From Tubulanus polymorphus (lineage: Eukaryota > Animalia > Nemertea), in NCBI RefSeq assembly GCF_964204645.1, contig NC_134035.1, forward strand, positions 9,890,451-9,954,450: a stretch of DNA of 64,000 nt. The letters are read 5' to 3'. Numbering within the stretch: position 1 is the first letter of the stretch; each line of letters starts with the position of its first letter. Below are positions 13,211 through 26,401 of this stretch, in pieces. A model generated the notes under the pieces. The model was not told the origin of the DNA, searched no databases, and saw only the letters and a program-made list of their open reading frames with translations. The position numbers and the translations under genes are program-made.

Positions 13211-13379
13211 TTAGGTGCAGAGGAGAAACATTGATTCGGGTAAATTTCCACAGGCCAATTCCATAGTCAAGACTTAACTCCAAAAGTGGTCTTAAAAAAA
13301 GACTGGACTTAAGGTGTTAGACTGGCTATAGTGAACTGTGATAGTCGTAAGAGTCAGCCATGACTATGTAACTAGCGAA

Positions 13380-13645
13380 CAGGGGCAGATTTAGGAAAAT
13401 TGGAAGGCTGGGTTCCGGAAGTGAATTAAAGGTATTTCTCCGAAAAAGCAGTCATGTCCAAGGCCACTAGCAGGGCCCCGGGTGCCACGCTTTGTAAAAT
13501 CGAAAAAATTCATCCTAAAAGATAAGAATTCCAAGAGTATCAAATTTGCGGGTTTAAACTATTCCTCGACAAAAAGGGCCACCTCTTAACCTCTTTGGGA
13601 AGGCAGGGGTCTAGACCTCCGATACCACCCCTAAATCCGCCCCTG
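13380..13645. mobile_element. CAGGGGCGGA-terminated non-autonomous DNA transposon (hAT-like ends); relatives at ~48022-48404 and ~51312-52044
   Basis: caggggcagatttagg..cctaaatccgcccctg inverted termini. Confidence 0.65.
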
Positions 13646-13684
13646 CACCGCCATCAGGATACGGGAAGTATCGCGTAATTTCTA

Positions 13685-16600
13685 CTAAGCGCCCGGTCCG
13701 TTGTACGGTGTTTGGAGTATTTTCGGTGTCGTGCTGATCACGCGTACTAGCAGCATATCTATATAATCTTCGAGGTCGTGTACGTATTCGTCTTTTTGTT
13801 CTATTTGTAAACGTTGATTGAACAGCAATTTGACGAGTTCCTAAAACGAGAGAAGAAAATATTCAATGAAGATTTCTACGAATAACACCGCCTAAATTTG
13901 ACATGAAACCAGTAAACTTATAACAAATCAGGCGGCCACTTTTATTAGCTTTTTCCCTGACTATTCCGTGACATGTAAGCTGTTTTCTCTGACTTGATCT
14001 GTTAAGAATTCAATCAATTAACACAGTCAAATATGTGACATAGATGTAAACTGACTGATTATATGCGCGATATTGATATCTCGACATACTTCCCTGATTT
14101 TTAGCTCTTACAAAATTCCCCGACCATTCCGACTTGAAAAAAAAAAATCTGATTTCCAGGTTAGTGGCCACCCTGAATCAGTAATCTACAGTAAGACTCT
14201 CAGTAACATCTATTACATTTCTGTACGTGTCGAACAAATCAAATCAGTATTCCTCGCGACAAAATCGTAACAAAATACTGAAACAGTTGGCAGCTACGGT
14301 TTCGACGATGTATACCTCGTGAGATTTGTCCTCGTATTGTTTCAAACATTCATTGTATAATACTTGTTGTTTTTTGTTCTGCTCTCGCTGATAATCCTCC
14401 CACAGTTTCTGATAACGCTCCCAGTCGGCGGGTAACTCCGGCACGATCGGCAAACTCGACCGAGTGCCTTGAAACGAATAACCCCTTCGCGCTGAAACGA
14501 CATCGACATCGAGGCATGAAAATAGACACCGATAAAATTAAACCAAAAAGAAGCGATATTTCATCTAGATCAACGGTGTGAAAGTGAATCCCTTCACTGG
14601 AGATCAAGTTAATATTTTTGATCTCACATGGACGCTTGCGAAATGGTAACAGAATTTACTATTTTTTTTAACACCCTTAACCCGCTAAGCGCCACACAGG
14701 GTTTGATGTTTCTTTTTCCCAATCGGGGAGAGATCAGAGAAGAACCTTCGACCAAGAAACTGTGTTGCCACCAGGGTTTGAACCCATACACCCTGGATTG
14801 ACGAGATCAGCGACCGGCGGCTTAAACCACTCGGCCAATGCGCCTCTCTTTACTAATATTACTTTCGCTACTAACGTATGTAAGCTTCATCAGGTATTCT
14901 AAACCCAGTTAACACGGCTACTCTATATATCTTAATATCACAAGAGAATTTACTAGAATTACAAGAGCAGTTACTAAATTGTCAAGAAAATTTACTCATA
15001 TTTCTGGTGGTTCAACAGAATTTACTGAAATTACACCCGAATTTACCAAAATTACATGTCCTACTCCCTCCTGTTTTCACTTTTTAGATAAGACTTACGT
15101 ATTTTGGTTGTGCGTTTAAAACAGCTGGGGTTTAGAGGTGGAGCTACGAATTTAGTTTCGCCCATTGTCATCGTTAATTGTCCGATATCAAGGGATTGAG
15201 CGTTTTCGTGTAGAGTCATCAATAACGGTGTTCCTCCGTCGTCACCATTTGTAGAACTGGCCACAGATTTTTCCTCTTCAATCAAAAAACATTAATTTGA
15301 GATTCAGTCGATACTTATTGAAATTCTTCTTTGATCCTATGAAGTACATACCATCCAACTCGGATATATCATGTCAGACAAATTCAGGGTGGCCACTTAT
15401 ATTTGATGGGCTTTTTCCCTGACTTTTGACAATTCCCTGACATGTAAGTTGTTTTCCCTGACTTGATCTACTCAGAATCTAATCAATTAACACAGTCGAA
15501 TATGTAAGACATAGACGGAAACTGTTTGATTTTACACACGATCTAGCTGTTTCAACAAATTTCCCTGACTTTTCCATTCTTTGCAAAATTCCCTAATTTC
15601 TTTTTAGAAAAGAGAATTGCCTGACTTTTTCCTGATTTCCGGGAAGGCGGTCACCCTGAAATTACTACCGGCCTATAAACTGGGAGTCCACTGTATTTGG
15701 TAAATTTCAAACGTTTTTGTTTGTTTCTGTTCTCACCTGATAAAAGCGGTATTTCAGTACTTTCGGGTAAAGACTTGTGGCGCTGTCTTTGTTTCAATTT
15801 GTCCTCAGCCATTGCCTGTAGCAGACTTTGATTGTGCTAAAAGGAATATGGAAACAAATTTGTCGAACCAGAAACATCGCGATTCAATCATAAATTTGAT
15901 ATTTTACAGAGTTTTTTTATCACTCATATTGATTACCACAATTCTAACCGAACTAATGAAGTTTGACTTACTTTCGGCCCGGAGGGAACTTCTCTATTCG
16001 GTGAGATAGTAAATACAACGGCATCTTCTTTCTTTTTCAGCGGTTTGAGCAGCGAACCGAACATACGCGGTAGAGTGGCGCTTCTCTTCCGCGTGTCTGG
16101 GTTATCTTCCACCGAGTCCGTATCGTGGTGATAAACCTAGAATAAACGCAAACATGTAGATAAACTACCGATAACGAACCAGATATAATAAGTATTTCAA
16201 CTGCTGCGTTTGTACAGCAGACCTTAACCACAAGTCGCTCACCGGATCCAGTCAACTCAAATCATTCCATTTTGAGCAACTGTCACAGGCTAAGATTAAC
16301 CTATAAATCGGTGTTTGTGGCGCTAACTAACCTGTTTCGGAATTTCATCGCCGTTCGAATTTGACGGCAGAAGCAGGGAAGTCGTCGACCGAGATTTCAA
16401 CGAAGAACTTCGCTGAAGAACTTTATCACCTGACAAATGAACAACGTAATTCAAATATAATAATGTTACTTTTGACAGGGTGCTGCCACTTTCCGCCCAT
16501 TTGCAAGTCCTCAGTTTTCCCTAATTTTTCCATGCGATTACACAAAATTTCGAGCGAATCAGAGAAATTTCAAGGTTTAAAATGTTACGATTTAATCATT

Positions 16601-19211
16601 TCTTATGGATCATGTATTGATAAAGAAACACATCATAACATATCTAAATTTCCTGAGTTTTCCAGGTTTTTGGTAAAATTGGTCGAATTCCCCGAGTTTT
16701 CCCTGATTTTTTCTAGATTTTTCTGATTCATTCCCCGACCACCCAGGTTGAATATTCGATACCTGGTCAACAAATTCATGGAATGGTACATGGATTCTGA
16801 TACAAACTTACTGATATTTTCAGCCATTTCTTTGAGCGAGGGAAACGAAGGCGAACGGAATCTTTGTTTGACGTCTTCATCTTCGTTTTTACTACGAACT
16901 ATGAACGTTATTTTCACTTCGATTTCACCTCTGTACCGACCGTCCGATCTTTTACCGGGTTTCGGGAGCAGCAAATAACTTCTGGATAAAGAGAATGACG
17001 GCGGAATTTTACAAATCATGAGATTAGGAATGCAGAAACGATGAGGTGCCAGCACTGCTACTATGGCAAGTGAGGATTCACCGGGTATAATTTGCTAATG
17101 GTTAATAAGTTAACGCGCCGTACTTTTTCTTATACATTTCAACTAAAATCAACTTTTCTCCTTAGCAAATCAATTTCTAATTAAATCCATACGATACACT
17201 GAGTGAGAAAATCAATCTTACATCTATTTGATTACTTGTTCAATAGTATTCGAAGTTGGATGCATAAAAATCCAATTCAATGTTCACTTTTCAATGAACT
17301 GCAGTCAACCCCGCACTATACTGGCGTTGACTGTATATATAACGGAAGTACTGTTGCGTTATCTGGTGTGTCCCACCGGTACCCCATTATCAACACGGTA
17401 CTTACTTATTTTTCGACGATTTGTAAACCGGGAATTCGGCGAGTGGCACGTTCGCGTGGCCGAGAAATTCATCCGATCCGATAAACGTCCGATGGTAAAT
17501 GTTGAGCTGAACCACTGACGATAAATCCGTTATTGGTCTGAATGAATGAGAAGGAAAAATATAGATTCAACAACAATCGCAAATCATTAGGCCTATAACA
17601 TTCACGTCACAACACATGGGCTCGTTACTGATGTTTGGGGTGATTCAGTAGCTTGGATCATCGATTATCCAAGCAAGTACTTCTTTGTATAGGCCCAACA
17701 GATCGATCATCCCTCGATATGAGTTTTCAAGGAGTTTCAAAGGAGAAAATTTCAAGAAGTATCTGCATCATTTTCATATCGTAATTACTGTAGACTCCTC
17801 CTAAATCAGTACTGTTTATTTCAATACACCGGATATTCTGTGGTTTTGAAAGCAAGTTATTATCCTATACACAACCTAAACTGGGTTTCTAATTCAGTCA
17901 ATGCCTAAATGGCTGTAAAAAATCCTGGTATCAACTGCACCGACTTAGGCGTAGTCTACTGTACAACTAAAAACTAGACAAAAAGTTCTAATTGCCTATT
18001 TCTCAAAATTGAAAGGGTTTCCCTTTCGAGTTTCGGGCACATTGTTTAAATTTTAAAGGAGATTCAAGTACCTATTTTCCATTTTGAAGGAGTTTTGAAG
18101 GAATCAAGGAGTCAAGGGGACCCTATTTATGTAGTTGCCGGGATAGGAAGAAGAATATCAAATTTTTCTGAGTAGTGGCGAGTTCGACCCCCATGTAGTA
18201 GGTCAAATGCTATTATCAGAAAAATAAAGTTCAGTTCATCTCATAGTAACCAACAGTGTTGGAGTGCTTTTTGGTTCTGCCCCATCACGACAAGAGAGGA
18301 CTCCGGTGTACCCTGGCTACCTAATACTCTAGACGGTTTCGACAATTAGGCCTACCAGGAAACTTCGACCAAGAGTATTCCACCTTCTGGAGGAGTATAA
18401 TTGAATAGGGTAAACGAATAGTAGTCTGAATGCCCGACAGCGTAGTCTGAATACCAGTCGTTGTTCAGGGTTCCACGTTGTTTGCGGGACGACGGCTACT
18501 GATTGGGTATTGAGGGGCAATATTTTAAAGAAGCGTCATGATGTACGGGTTCCCCATGAGAACGACGGCTAGATACTAGACTCAAGGCAGGAATAGCTAG
18601 GTGATACATACAGGTCACATTCTTCATTCCAAACAGGTTGATCAGTGCGTTCTATAACCGATGTACGATATTGCTCTTTGCCGAGTTGTATTGTCACATA
18701 CGCGTCGTTTGTTCCTAGGTAAAAATCAAAAACCAAAATCATTCGCAAATCATTGCCTGAATTACACATTTTCAAAGTCGTAACATTTTATATAGTGAAA
18801 GTTGCAATTTATTACCCCCTTTTCCGCGAATGATCAGATTCCTCGCCTGGATAACTGAAATAAAAATAAAACAATACAGAGATATTTTCTGGCCACAATT
18901 TGAACGATATTTTCTTCTTGTTGATTTTGATGAGGTGAATAAGGAAACCAGAGATGTCAACAGAACTAAGTATAGTCAAAGACACTTGAACGAAGATGTA
19001 GCGACTTGATGAGCAGATCTGGGACGCAAGAATGATGACGATACTAGGAACAGGGATTCACGATAGTCTGAAATTCACCAGTCGCTGTTATGGGTTCCCT
19101 GTTTGGGGAACAACAACTAGGTACTACACTTGTAGACTCGGTGTCACGATTAACTGAATTGATATCCCACTTACCAGTAGGCCTAAGCTGAGCATGGGTC
19201 GGAGTCCACAT
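13685..19211 (-). CDS. RAB11FIP: Class I Rab11 family-interacting protein (N-terminal C2 domain, C-terminal FIP-RBD; RAB11FIP1/2/5, Rip11-like), about 10 exons
   Basis: MWTPTHAQL..VIQARNLIIRGKGGTNDAYVTIQLGKEQYRTSV..PVWNEEC; DEFLG; PKPGKR..RGEIEVKITF; C-terminus VHDLEDYIDMLLVRVISTTPKIL. Confidence 0.92.
13929..14175. mobile_element. CAGGGTGGCCAC..GTGGCCACCCTG MITE family; copies at ~15386-15659, ~16477-16748 (related) and ~24250-24411 (reverse)
   Basis: Shared TIRs and internal ttttccctgac repeats. Confidence 0.75.
14690..14844 (-). mobile_element. tRNA-derived SINE
   Basis: Minus strand GGCGCATTGGCCGAGTGGTTTAAG (A box) and GGGTTCAAACCC (B box), followed by a non-tRNA body; the acceptor stem does not pair. 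Confidence 0.6.
14855..14925 (-). ncRNA. Degenerate minimal hammerhead motif (PLE-type)
   Basis: AAUAC-CUGAUGA-A-GCUUAC..GUAGC-GAAA-GUA-AUAUU, plus a tail shared with ~6249-6270. Confidence 0.45.
14938..15056. repeat. Degenerate ~20-bp minisatellite (aagagaatttactagaattac-like)
   Basis: Five to six imperfect tandem units. Confidence 0.55.
17720..18125. mobile_element. Composite repeat (outer element with nested Tigger-like MITE); inverted copy at ~22058-22420
   Basis: Colinear reverse-complement similarity, e.g. gaagtatctgcatca / tgatgcagatacttc and ttgcctattt / aaataggcaa. Confidence 0.7.
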
Positions 19212-20121
19212 TCTTTAAGTAGAATGATGAATTGAATATTGAAGAAACGATGCCGGTTGTCGGTAATGAATAGAAGTTCAACGGTCGGTGTTGGCAGGAT
19301 TCTCCTCAATCGAAAAAGATCAAACTGTCACGATCTCTTTTCATTTCATCTCTTTTCATTTCATTCGTGTTCCATTTTAATGGCAAAAGTCACTTTTGTT
19401 TCATAACATCTGCTGGGCCAAACTCGATCATTCTTTATGTTTTAAATAGCCTAGCAGCCAGAAATTCAACGAATTAGGCTTCCCTAAATAATTAACAATC
19501 AACAAAATGCATTGAATTGGGATTCTCCAGGTCTGATAAAAATCCAGCGACCGTGATTTAGGAATATCAAAATCTTCATTGTTCTTTTTGTCGTAGCGTT
19601 CCTAATCATTTCTTATTTGTATCACTGTTATTAATCTATTTATTGCCCTTAGAAAATACGTTCCTTGTAATCATCAACACATTAATAAAATTCAATTTAA
19701 ATTGTAGTCCTGGGACCGTGATTTAGGTAAAGTCTCCACACGGCGCATCGGGGACTCAGAGCCGCTGCGCACTAATGGCGACGAATTTCTCTCCGGTTGT
19801 TGCCATTTTTCCGATCAAATATCTCGCCCTTTCCTGCGACCTCGCTGAACTGATCCCTTCGGACTGATCATCGCCAGCTGCTCGAGTCAGTGGACAGGTA
19901 GTTGATTAACTAATTAATCCGTTAATTGATGAAGCAACGTCGTTAATTAGTGGCGACAGCTGGCTGCTCCGACGAGAATCGATCGAACCCGGAAGTAAAC
20001 AGATTTTTGGCTTCTGTTGATTTTTATGCCGTTTGTTGTCGGTTGAAAGAAATTTCACTTTACAAAACTGAAAGCGTGTTCGATTTGTCCTGTGATTAAT
20101 TAGCCTGCGCGCATTGTTAAC
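19212..20121. promoter_or_regulatory. Probable bidirectional promoter/5' UTR region between Rab11-FIP and DNAJC5
   Basis: Head-to-head start codons ~0.9 kb apart; CpG-richer segment; ETS-type ccggaagt at ~19989. Confidence 0.5.
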
Positions 20122-23100
20122 ATGGCGTCAAGAAGAGGACGCACGATGTCGTAAGTATGAAAAACCTGAAGCTGAAGGCTGGGCGTGTTTTCTGGTTTAG
20201 GGTCACTGGTATAGCTCATCGTTCTGGGGCCTCCAATCACAGTTTTCAATCATATGATAACAGCACAAAGGGTTAGCTATATATGCGGAGTGGGCCATGT
20301 AAAAAAAAATTAGTTGATTCAGTGCCTTCTCATCTCAATTTAGCGGCTGCCTGAAGTTTTTTTACATTTGAAATAAGATATAAAACTGCGGATAAGAAAT
20401 GACACTAACAACATTTCATTTATATACACAAAATTCATCTATCTGCTATCAAACATGTAAAACACTTGAAACATAATCATTATATAGACATATACAGATA
20501 CATGGTACTATTGATTATTGAAAGCTAGTTCCGACACATGTTGACCCATTTTCTGAAAATTCAGAATTTTCTGAAAAAGGAAAATTTCATTTAGAGACAA
20601 GATAGGGGTCATGCTAGTCAATAACTCGTCTGTGGTTTAGTTTCACGTCGGATATTTTCACCCATCCGATTATAAAAGCTTACCACCAACGATAGGTAAC
20701 TAACTAGGGTCATGATGCTAGTCCCCGTATATCATTAAAGCTTGGTGGAATATTTCATATAAAAAATAAATCTCCCTCTTCGATGATTTTTTCACAACTT
20801 CTGATGAGAATCAAGTAATTAATTTTGTATGGCCTATGGTTTTGTACCTAACCTAACCATAACACTATTCTCTGATAACGCTAGTTCCACGGCGGGAAAG
20901 GTGATCCAAACTGCGGTTAGACCGCATATATGCTATGATAAATCCTCCCTTGGTACGGATTCAAACCTGATCTGATAGTATTGCACGAATCCCTGGCAGC
21001 TTAGCCGCGATCACACGAGTATTTTTGATCCGGGCCAAATTTGGCCCGAAACAACTGTTCACACGGGTGCCAAATGGGCCCGGCCAAAAACGGACCAGGC
21101 CCGAGCCAAATTTTAGCACCAGACAAATGATTGCGTTTGAATTGCAACTGTTTCCGGAAATGATCCACTTCACTTTGTTTGAGCATTGTTTAGTATTGAG
21201 TGAATGGTTTGTGTGTGAACGCGCTCTCTAATTAGGCACGGGCCAAATTTGGCCCGAGTCTAATCCGTGCCAATTTGGCCCGGGCCAAATCGTGTCCATG
21301 TGATCGCGGCTATTGACACAATTAGGTTGACGTATGTAATCACTGAGGCAAATCACGATTAGCTTTAAATGGTTGCAAATACTTACGTTCTTCTCTGTAT
21401 GAACGAACTGCATAAAAAACTGGAAATACGAAAAAAACTGTACTGTTAATCTAAATCATGTAATCACGTAATTTCTAGCACATCTGGACTCAGTTTATAT
21501 GAGCAGTTAGGATTACAAAAAGGAGCGACTCCCGATGAAATAAAGAAAGCGTACAGAAAGGTAACGTTGAACCGTCATTCTTGTCGATACTGTGAATCGT
21601 AGCTTTAATCGAGTAAATTAACAATGAATAATAGAACTCAATTCTGATTACTTTTTGTCATTACAGTTGGCTTTGAAGCTGCATCCGGATAAGAACTTGG
21701 ATAATCCTGATGTTGCTGAAAAAGTAAGTCAAGAATTGCAAGTAAAATGTTAGAATGCTATTTATTGGTCCCACTTCTTTGCAAAAAGTGCCATGTGAAA
21801 ATAACAATACAGCGTAACCTTATGTTGGAATGACTTCGGTTGTATCAATTTATCAAAGGAGAAACCTAGAATATCATCCTGAATTAGAACAATTTCAATC
21901 ATATATAATGAATTATAGGTAAGACCTATATTGGGCATTCTTCTGGTCCCCTTGAGCCAGTTGCGCGGATGTGGCTTAAGTCCCAATCACGTGGTTTCGA
22001 ATGTTGAAACTGGATGCAAGTTGTAAGATTGCCCACAGAAGCAAGATGGTTTTGTTCAGGGTCCCTCCTTGATTCCTTAAAAACTCCTTGTAAACCGGAA
22101 TTAATTTTAAAGGTGCTTGAAACTCCTTCAATTCGAGCAAAATTCCCAAAACACCTTTAAAACAAATTCTTTCAATTTTGAAAAATAGGCAACTAGAAAT
22201 GTTTGTTGTCATACAGACATCTGCACCTAAATCAGTACAGTGTAACTAGAATTTTTTTAAACATGGGCGGTTACCAAATTGGAAACCTGGTTTGTTGGTG
22301 TAAAGAATACAAATTAGCTTACAAAACCACTAAATAAACAGTACTGATTTTGGGGGAGTCTACAGTTATTGGGATATGAAAGTGATGCAGATACTTCCTT
22401 GAAGTATGAAATTTTCTCTAAGAAAAAAAATAAACTTCATCAGAAAAACAAAAATATCCTAACTGGGTAATAATGATATACAATAATACAGTAAATATTA
22501 GAAATATAGATATTACTGAGGAGGGTTGCGGACAGGAACTATGAGTTCGAAAACTGTCAGAAAATAAATAGTTACATCCATCCACTGTAGGATTTGTTTA
22601 TTTACTTTGAATATTGAGATTTATATCTGTTTAAAATTCCATCTTTCATTTTATTTCAGTTCAAGGAAATCAACTACGCGAATTCAGTGCTGAGCGACTC
22701 GACGAAAAGAGGAATTTACGATCAATACGGTTCACTAGGTTTATACGTGGCTGAACAGTTCGGCGAAGAAAATGTCAACACGTATTTCGTTTTAACGAGT
22801 GGTTGGTGTAAGGTATGGACAATGTTTTCGAGGCGTAGTTCGTTCGCGAGTGCTATGTTCAAACTTCCTAGCGATAGATTAGATGGAAGTTTTACGAGCG
22901 ACTCTTGAAAATCTACTTAAACTCTTTGCGAAGTAATCATTATAGATTATGATAACCGTCGTTGCCTGAGATAGTAGTACAAATAGATCCAACTAGATTG
23001 AACTTTACCCGATAGATGGCGACGCTGTCAATATCTAAGTGACATCTAGTACAGCCGGGTAACAGTTGTACGGTAATATGAAATCCCACAAGAATCTGAA

Positions 23101-24838
23101 ATGTTTTCTTTAGCTTTAGTTTATTCATAATTTCAACTGTTTCCTAATAATCATCATAGTTGAAATGTCGAGATAAACTACTCGCTCGTTTTATATACTC
23201 AATAGTATGGACAGATTTCTCAAGTTGCACTGCCCATATTGGTCAGGTTAGAATATTACGCGTGCAAACAGCAGACCTTACCCGGGTCAATTGTCCTGGG
23301 TCCAGTTCCACAGTTCTGAGTTAAGATTTGACTCTGGGTTAAAACATTGAAAATGAACTAACTTTAACTCAGAGTTAACTCTAACTCACAACTGTGGAAC
23401 TGGGTCCTGGATGATATGTTACAAATTTTCTTATTCAAATTCACGTGATAACGACCAATCTCTGCTGCCCCGGAATTCATCTCTACCTCGCAGATAATTA
23501 ATTGGTCACGCCGGGTCTGAGGCAGGCGGAGTCTACTGTAACGGTTGCGCATAAACTTGTAAAATCGAAACCGGACGCGTATCGACAATAATGATCTGTA
23601 ATTCAACGATTTTGTTTTCCGTCGTTATTTTTTCAGGCGTTGTTCATTTTCTGCGGAGTCATCACCGGTTGTTACCTTTGTTGTTGTTTCTGTTGTTGTT
23701 GTAACTTCTGCTGCGGCAAGTGTAAACCGCGGCCACCCGAGGATGATATGGACCAGTATGCGAACTTACACGTAAGTGGGGTAAATGTCACTTAGAAATT
23801 CACTATTTCATTAACTATTTTTTAAAGATTTTTGTCAATATTGAAGTTCACCCTTAAAATAGACCGCTGCTTAATCCGGATCAGTTTAGTCTGGATTTTG
23901 ATATTTGGTCGGAGATAATTTGGCGCTGGCACGTACCAGATCTAAGTCGAATTTCAATTTGGCCCGTGACTGATAAAAGAGCCTGTTGCGCAATATCACT
24001 CAAACTCATTGCTACAATGCCATCAAAATGATGCTGTGGCAAGCATGGAATAATTTGACCCATGCTAAAATTGCCAGTGTCGACCAGGAATGGACCCATT
24101 TAGCAGTCTAGTCGGTTGGCTCAGGTCTTATCTAGCATTAGCCAACTTATTAATTTCATCGGTGCCAAATGATCCTGGTTAAGCATGGTTAACCATATTT
24201 GTTGTTAATTCACTTGCACTAGAAATAGCGATTACATTTTATTCCATCAACACGGTAGCCACTTACCTGGAAATCAGGGGAAAGTCAGGGAAACTTGTTG
24301 AGATTGCTAGATCAGTTTCCATCTATGTCTTAGCAGTTTGAGTCGGGGAAAACAATGTGCATGTCAGGGAATAGTCAATGGAAAGCTGGTCAAATAAACG
24401 TGGCCACCCTGATTAAATCCGCCCTCCAGAATTCCACCACAAACATTGAATTAGAATTAAAATTTCTCCAATTGCTTAGTGTTTATAATTTTTCCTGTTA
24501 GTTCCATCTTAATTTTCGATCTATTTAGTCACAAAAAAAGGTACCCTTCGCCTACTGATTTTCTCCTTTGTACGCCGATTGATTGAATGACGGCCGTATT
24601 TCGGCCTTATTCGATGTGAATGTTGTTGGCGTAATTCAAAGAAACGGAACTGATTTCTAATTTGTAGGAAGAGTACAGCTCAGCCTCGTCGCCGGAAGGT
24701 GAGACCGCACCGGTAACAACGCAACCAAAAGCCACACCTATGCCAGCGCCATCTAGCAACGTAACCGAAACCACTGGATTGAACATGGACGGCAAACCAA
24801 CGTACGGTGTCCCAGATCCAAATGTCGTCTCGCAATAA
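20122..24838 (+). CDS. DNAJC5: Cysteine string protein (DnaJ homolog subfamily C member 5), 6 coding exons
   Basis: Exons 20122-20150, 21479-21560, 21667-21723, 22660-22812, 23637-23771, 24668-24838: [55 protein letters not shown]..cysteine string [20 protein letters not shown]. Confidence 0.97.
21002..21312. mobile_element. MITE with TAGCCGCGATCACA TIRs and internal GGGCCAAATTTGGCCCG units
   Basis: 14-bp perfect terminal inverted repeat; in DNAJC5 intron 1. Confidence 0.75.
23299..23406. mobile_element. ~100-bp PIF/Harbinger-like MITE (GGNCCAGTTCCACAG TIR, CTG TSD); copies at ~1117-1227, 6110-6220, 8526-8638, 28000-28151, 48862-48953
   Basis: ctg|ggtccagttccacagtt..aactgtggaactgggtc|ctg; internal gagttaactc palindromes. 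Confidence 0.8.
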
Positions 24839-24969
24839 AAAATCTCCATTCAGTACTAGACTTTATATCATGTTACCCCGGCAAAGTTAATATCGTTTTT
24901 CAACATTATCTCAGCTGTGAACTGTATTTCCTCTATTTATATTGTTCTCGACGTCTGTTTAAACAGATT

Positions 24970-25094
24970 GGGATCATTCATTTATTACATACCCTTAAAA
25001 TTTTTCAACCCCCTCGAGCAATTGCGTACTGTAAATTACAGTACGCAATTGCCCTGACCCCTCCCCTAATGCGTACGTAATAAATGAATGACCT
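24970..25094. mobile_element. MITE (GGGATCATTCATTTATTAC TIR) containing a 33-bp CAATTG..CAATTG palindrome
   Basis: Termini gggatcattcatttattac / gtaataaatgaatgacctc; in the presumed DNAJC5 3' UTR. Confidence 0.65.
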
Positions 25095-25711
25095 CATGGT
25101 GTGAAATGAAGAAGTCCAAACCCGTAGCGTGACAAAATCTGCAGGTTCGGGGCTCGTAAACGCGTGGTTCGTGGAGCATGTTTTTTTTGTGTGTGTGTTA
25201 CTTGATCATGGGCGCAATACAATATAAGTCTGCCTGCAACTGATATATAAGACAGCAGTCTGCTGCGCAAGATTTAGATTTTATTGTATGAAAATGCACT
25301 GAAATTTCAAAATTGTCCAGACCCTTGTTTTGGCTGCATGGATTTGCTCCATTTTCAGTACGCTTGCCCATTTCATTTCTTCGTGCTCTGGTCAAAGTCT
25401 GGATCTGCTCCTGCCTCGCCACGCTACGGGTCTTCAAACAAACTAGCGCCACCGAGTTCATTCGTAGCAGGGTATATAATAATAGCATGTATTTGAAAAT
25501 CATGGTCAATCATAGCGTGCTGTATGATAACATGTATTTTAAGATCGTGGTCAATCATTCGGTTTACTTTGCTTGACTACACTACACCTTCACTACTACA
25601 TCCATCGACCCTCGGCAGATGTGCAAACCTGATCGCATTGTTTGTGTCCCTGCCGAGACGGAGGATGAATTTAGTTATGGTATAAACGATATACAGAGAA
25701 TTCAATTTCAA

Positions 25712-25795
25712 TATAAGGGGAAATATGAAGTCCGAAAAGTTTCCTTAAAGGTAATAATTTATTGATTCGACGAAGTTTCGACTATAATGTTATGA

Positions 25796-25880
<85 letters not shown>

Positions 25881-26228
25881 ATGGTTATATCTCATATTCT
25901 GTCAACTCGGCATTTCAGAAGATGACTACAGTGGAACCTCGTTACAACGAACTTCACGGGACCAGGAAATCTGTTCGTTATAACCGATAGTTCGTTATAT
26001 CCAGTATGAAATCAATCAAATTTTCTTACTTTGGACAAAATTCTTCATTTGCTAGACCTGATGAATCATTGTATCCGAGTCCGTTGTTGTAACGAGGTTC
26101 CTCAGGTTATAGTCAAAACATCGAATCGATAGATTATTAGCTAAAAAGGATACTTCTCGGACTTCATCTTTCTCGTTATTACCAGTGTGCGGTATTCTCT
26201 AAATCTCGTCACGGGACATGGTGTTTCA
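25712..26228. mobile_element. Degenerate PLE-type palindromic element (same family as 57277-57537) interrupted by (TA)n and a Tigger-like MITE (~25929-26101)
   Basis: Arms gaagtccgaaaagt..gtttcgactata and tatagtcaaaac..acttctcggacttc..ttctct; nested ta|cagtggaacctcgttacaac..gttgtaacgaggttcc. Confidence 0.6.
25799..25878. repeat. (TA)n microsatellite
   Basis: Direct reading. Confidence 0.97.
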
Positions 26229-26234
26229 CTGATC

Positions 26235-26401
<167 letters not shown>

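Noticed and set aside
14760-14844. tRNA-Ser(GCT)-like gene on the minus strand
   Set aside because: A and B boxes are present but acceptor and anticodon stems do not pair; better explained as a SINE head
18165-18370. Possible SINE (B box GAGTTCGACCC) and a hammerhead-like GAAACCGTC on the minus strand
   Set aside because: A box not evident and no CUGANGA core; too weak to call
20961-21413. Short ORFs and a CRISPR-like repeated unit
   Set aside because: Internal repeats of a TIR-bounded MITE in a eukaryotic intron; no regular repeat-spacer period and no cas genes
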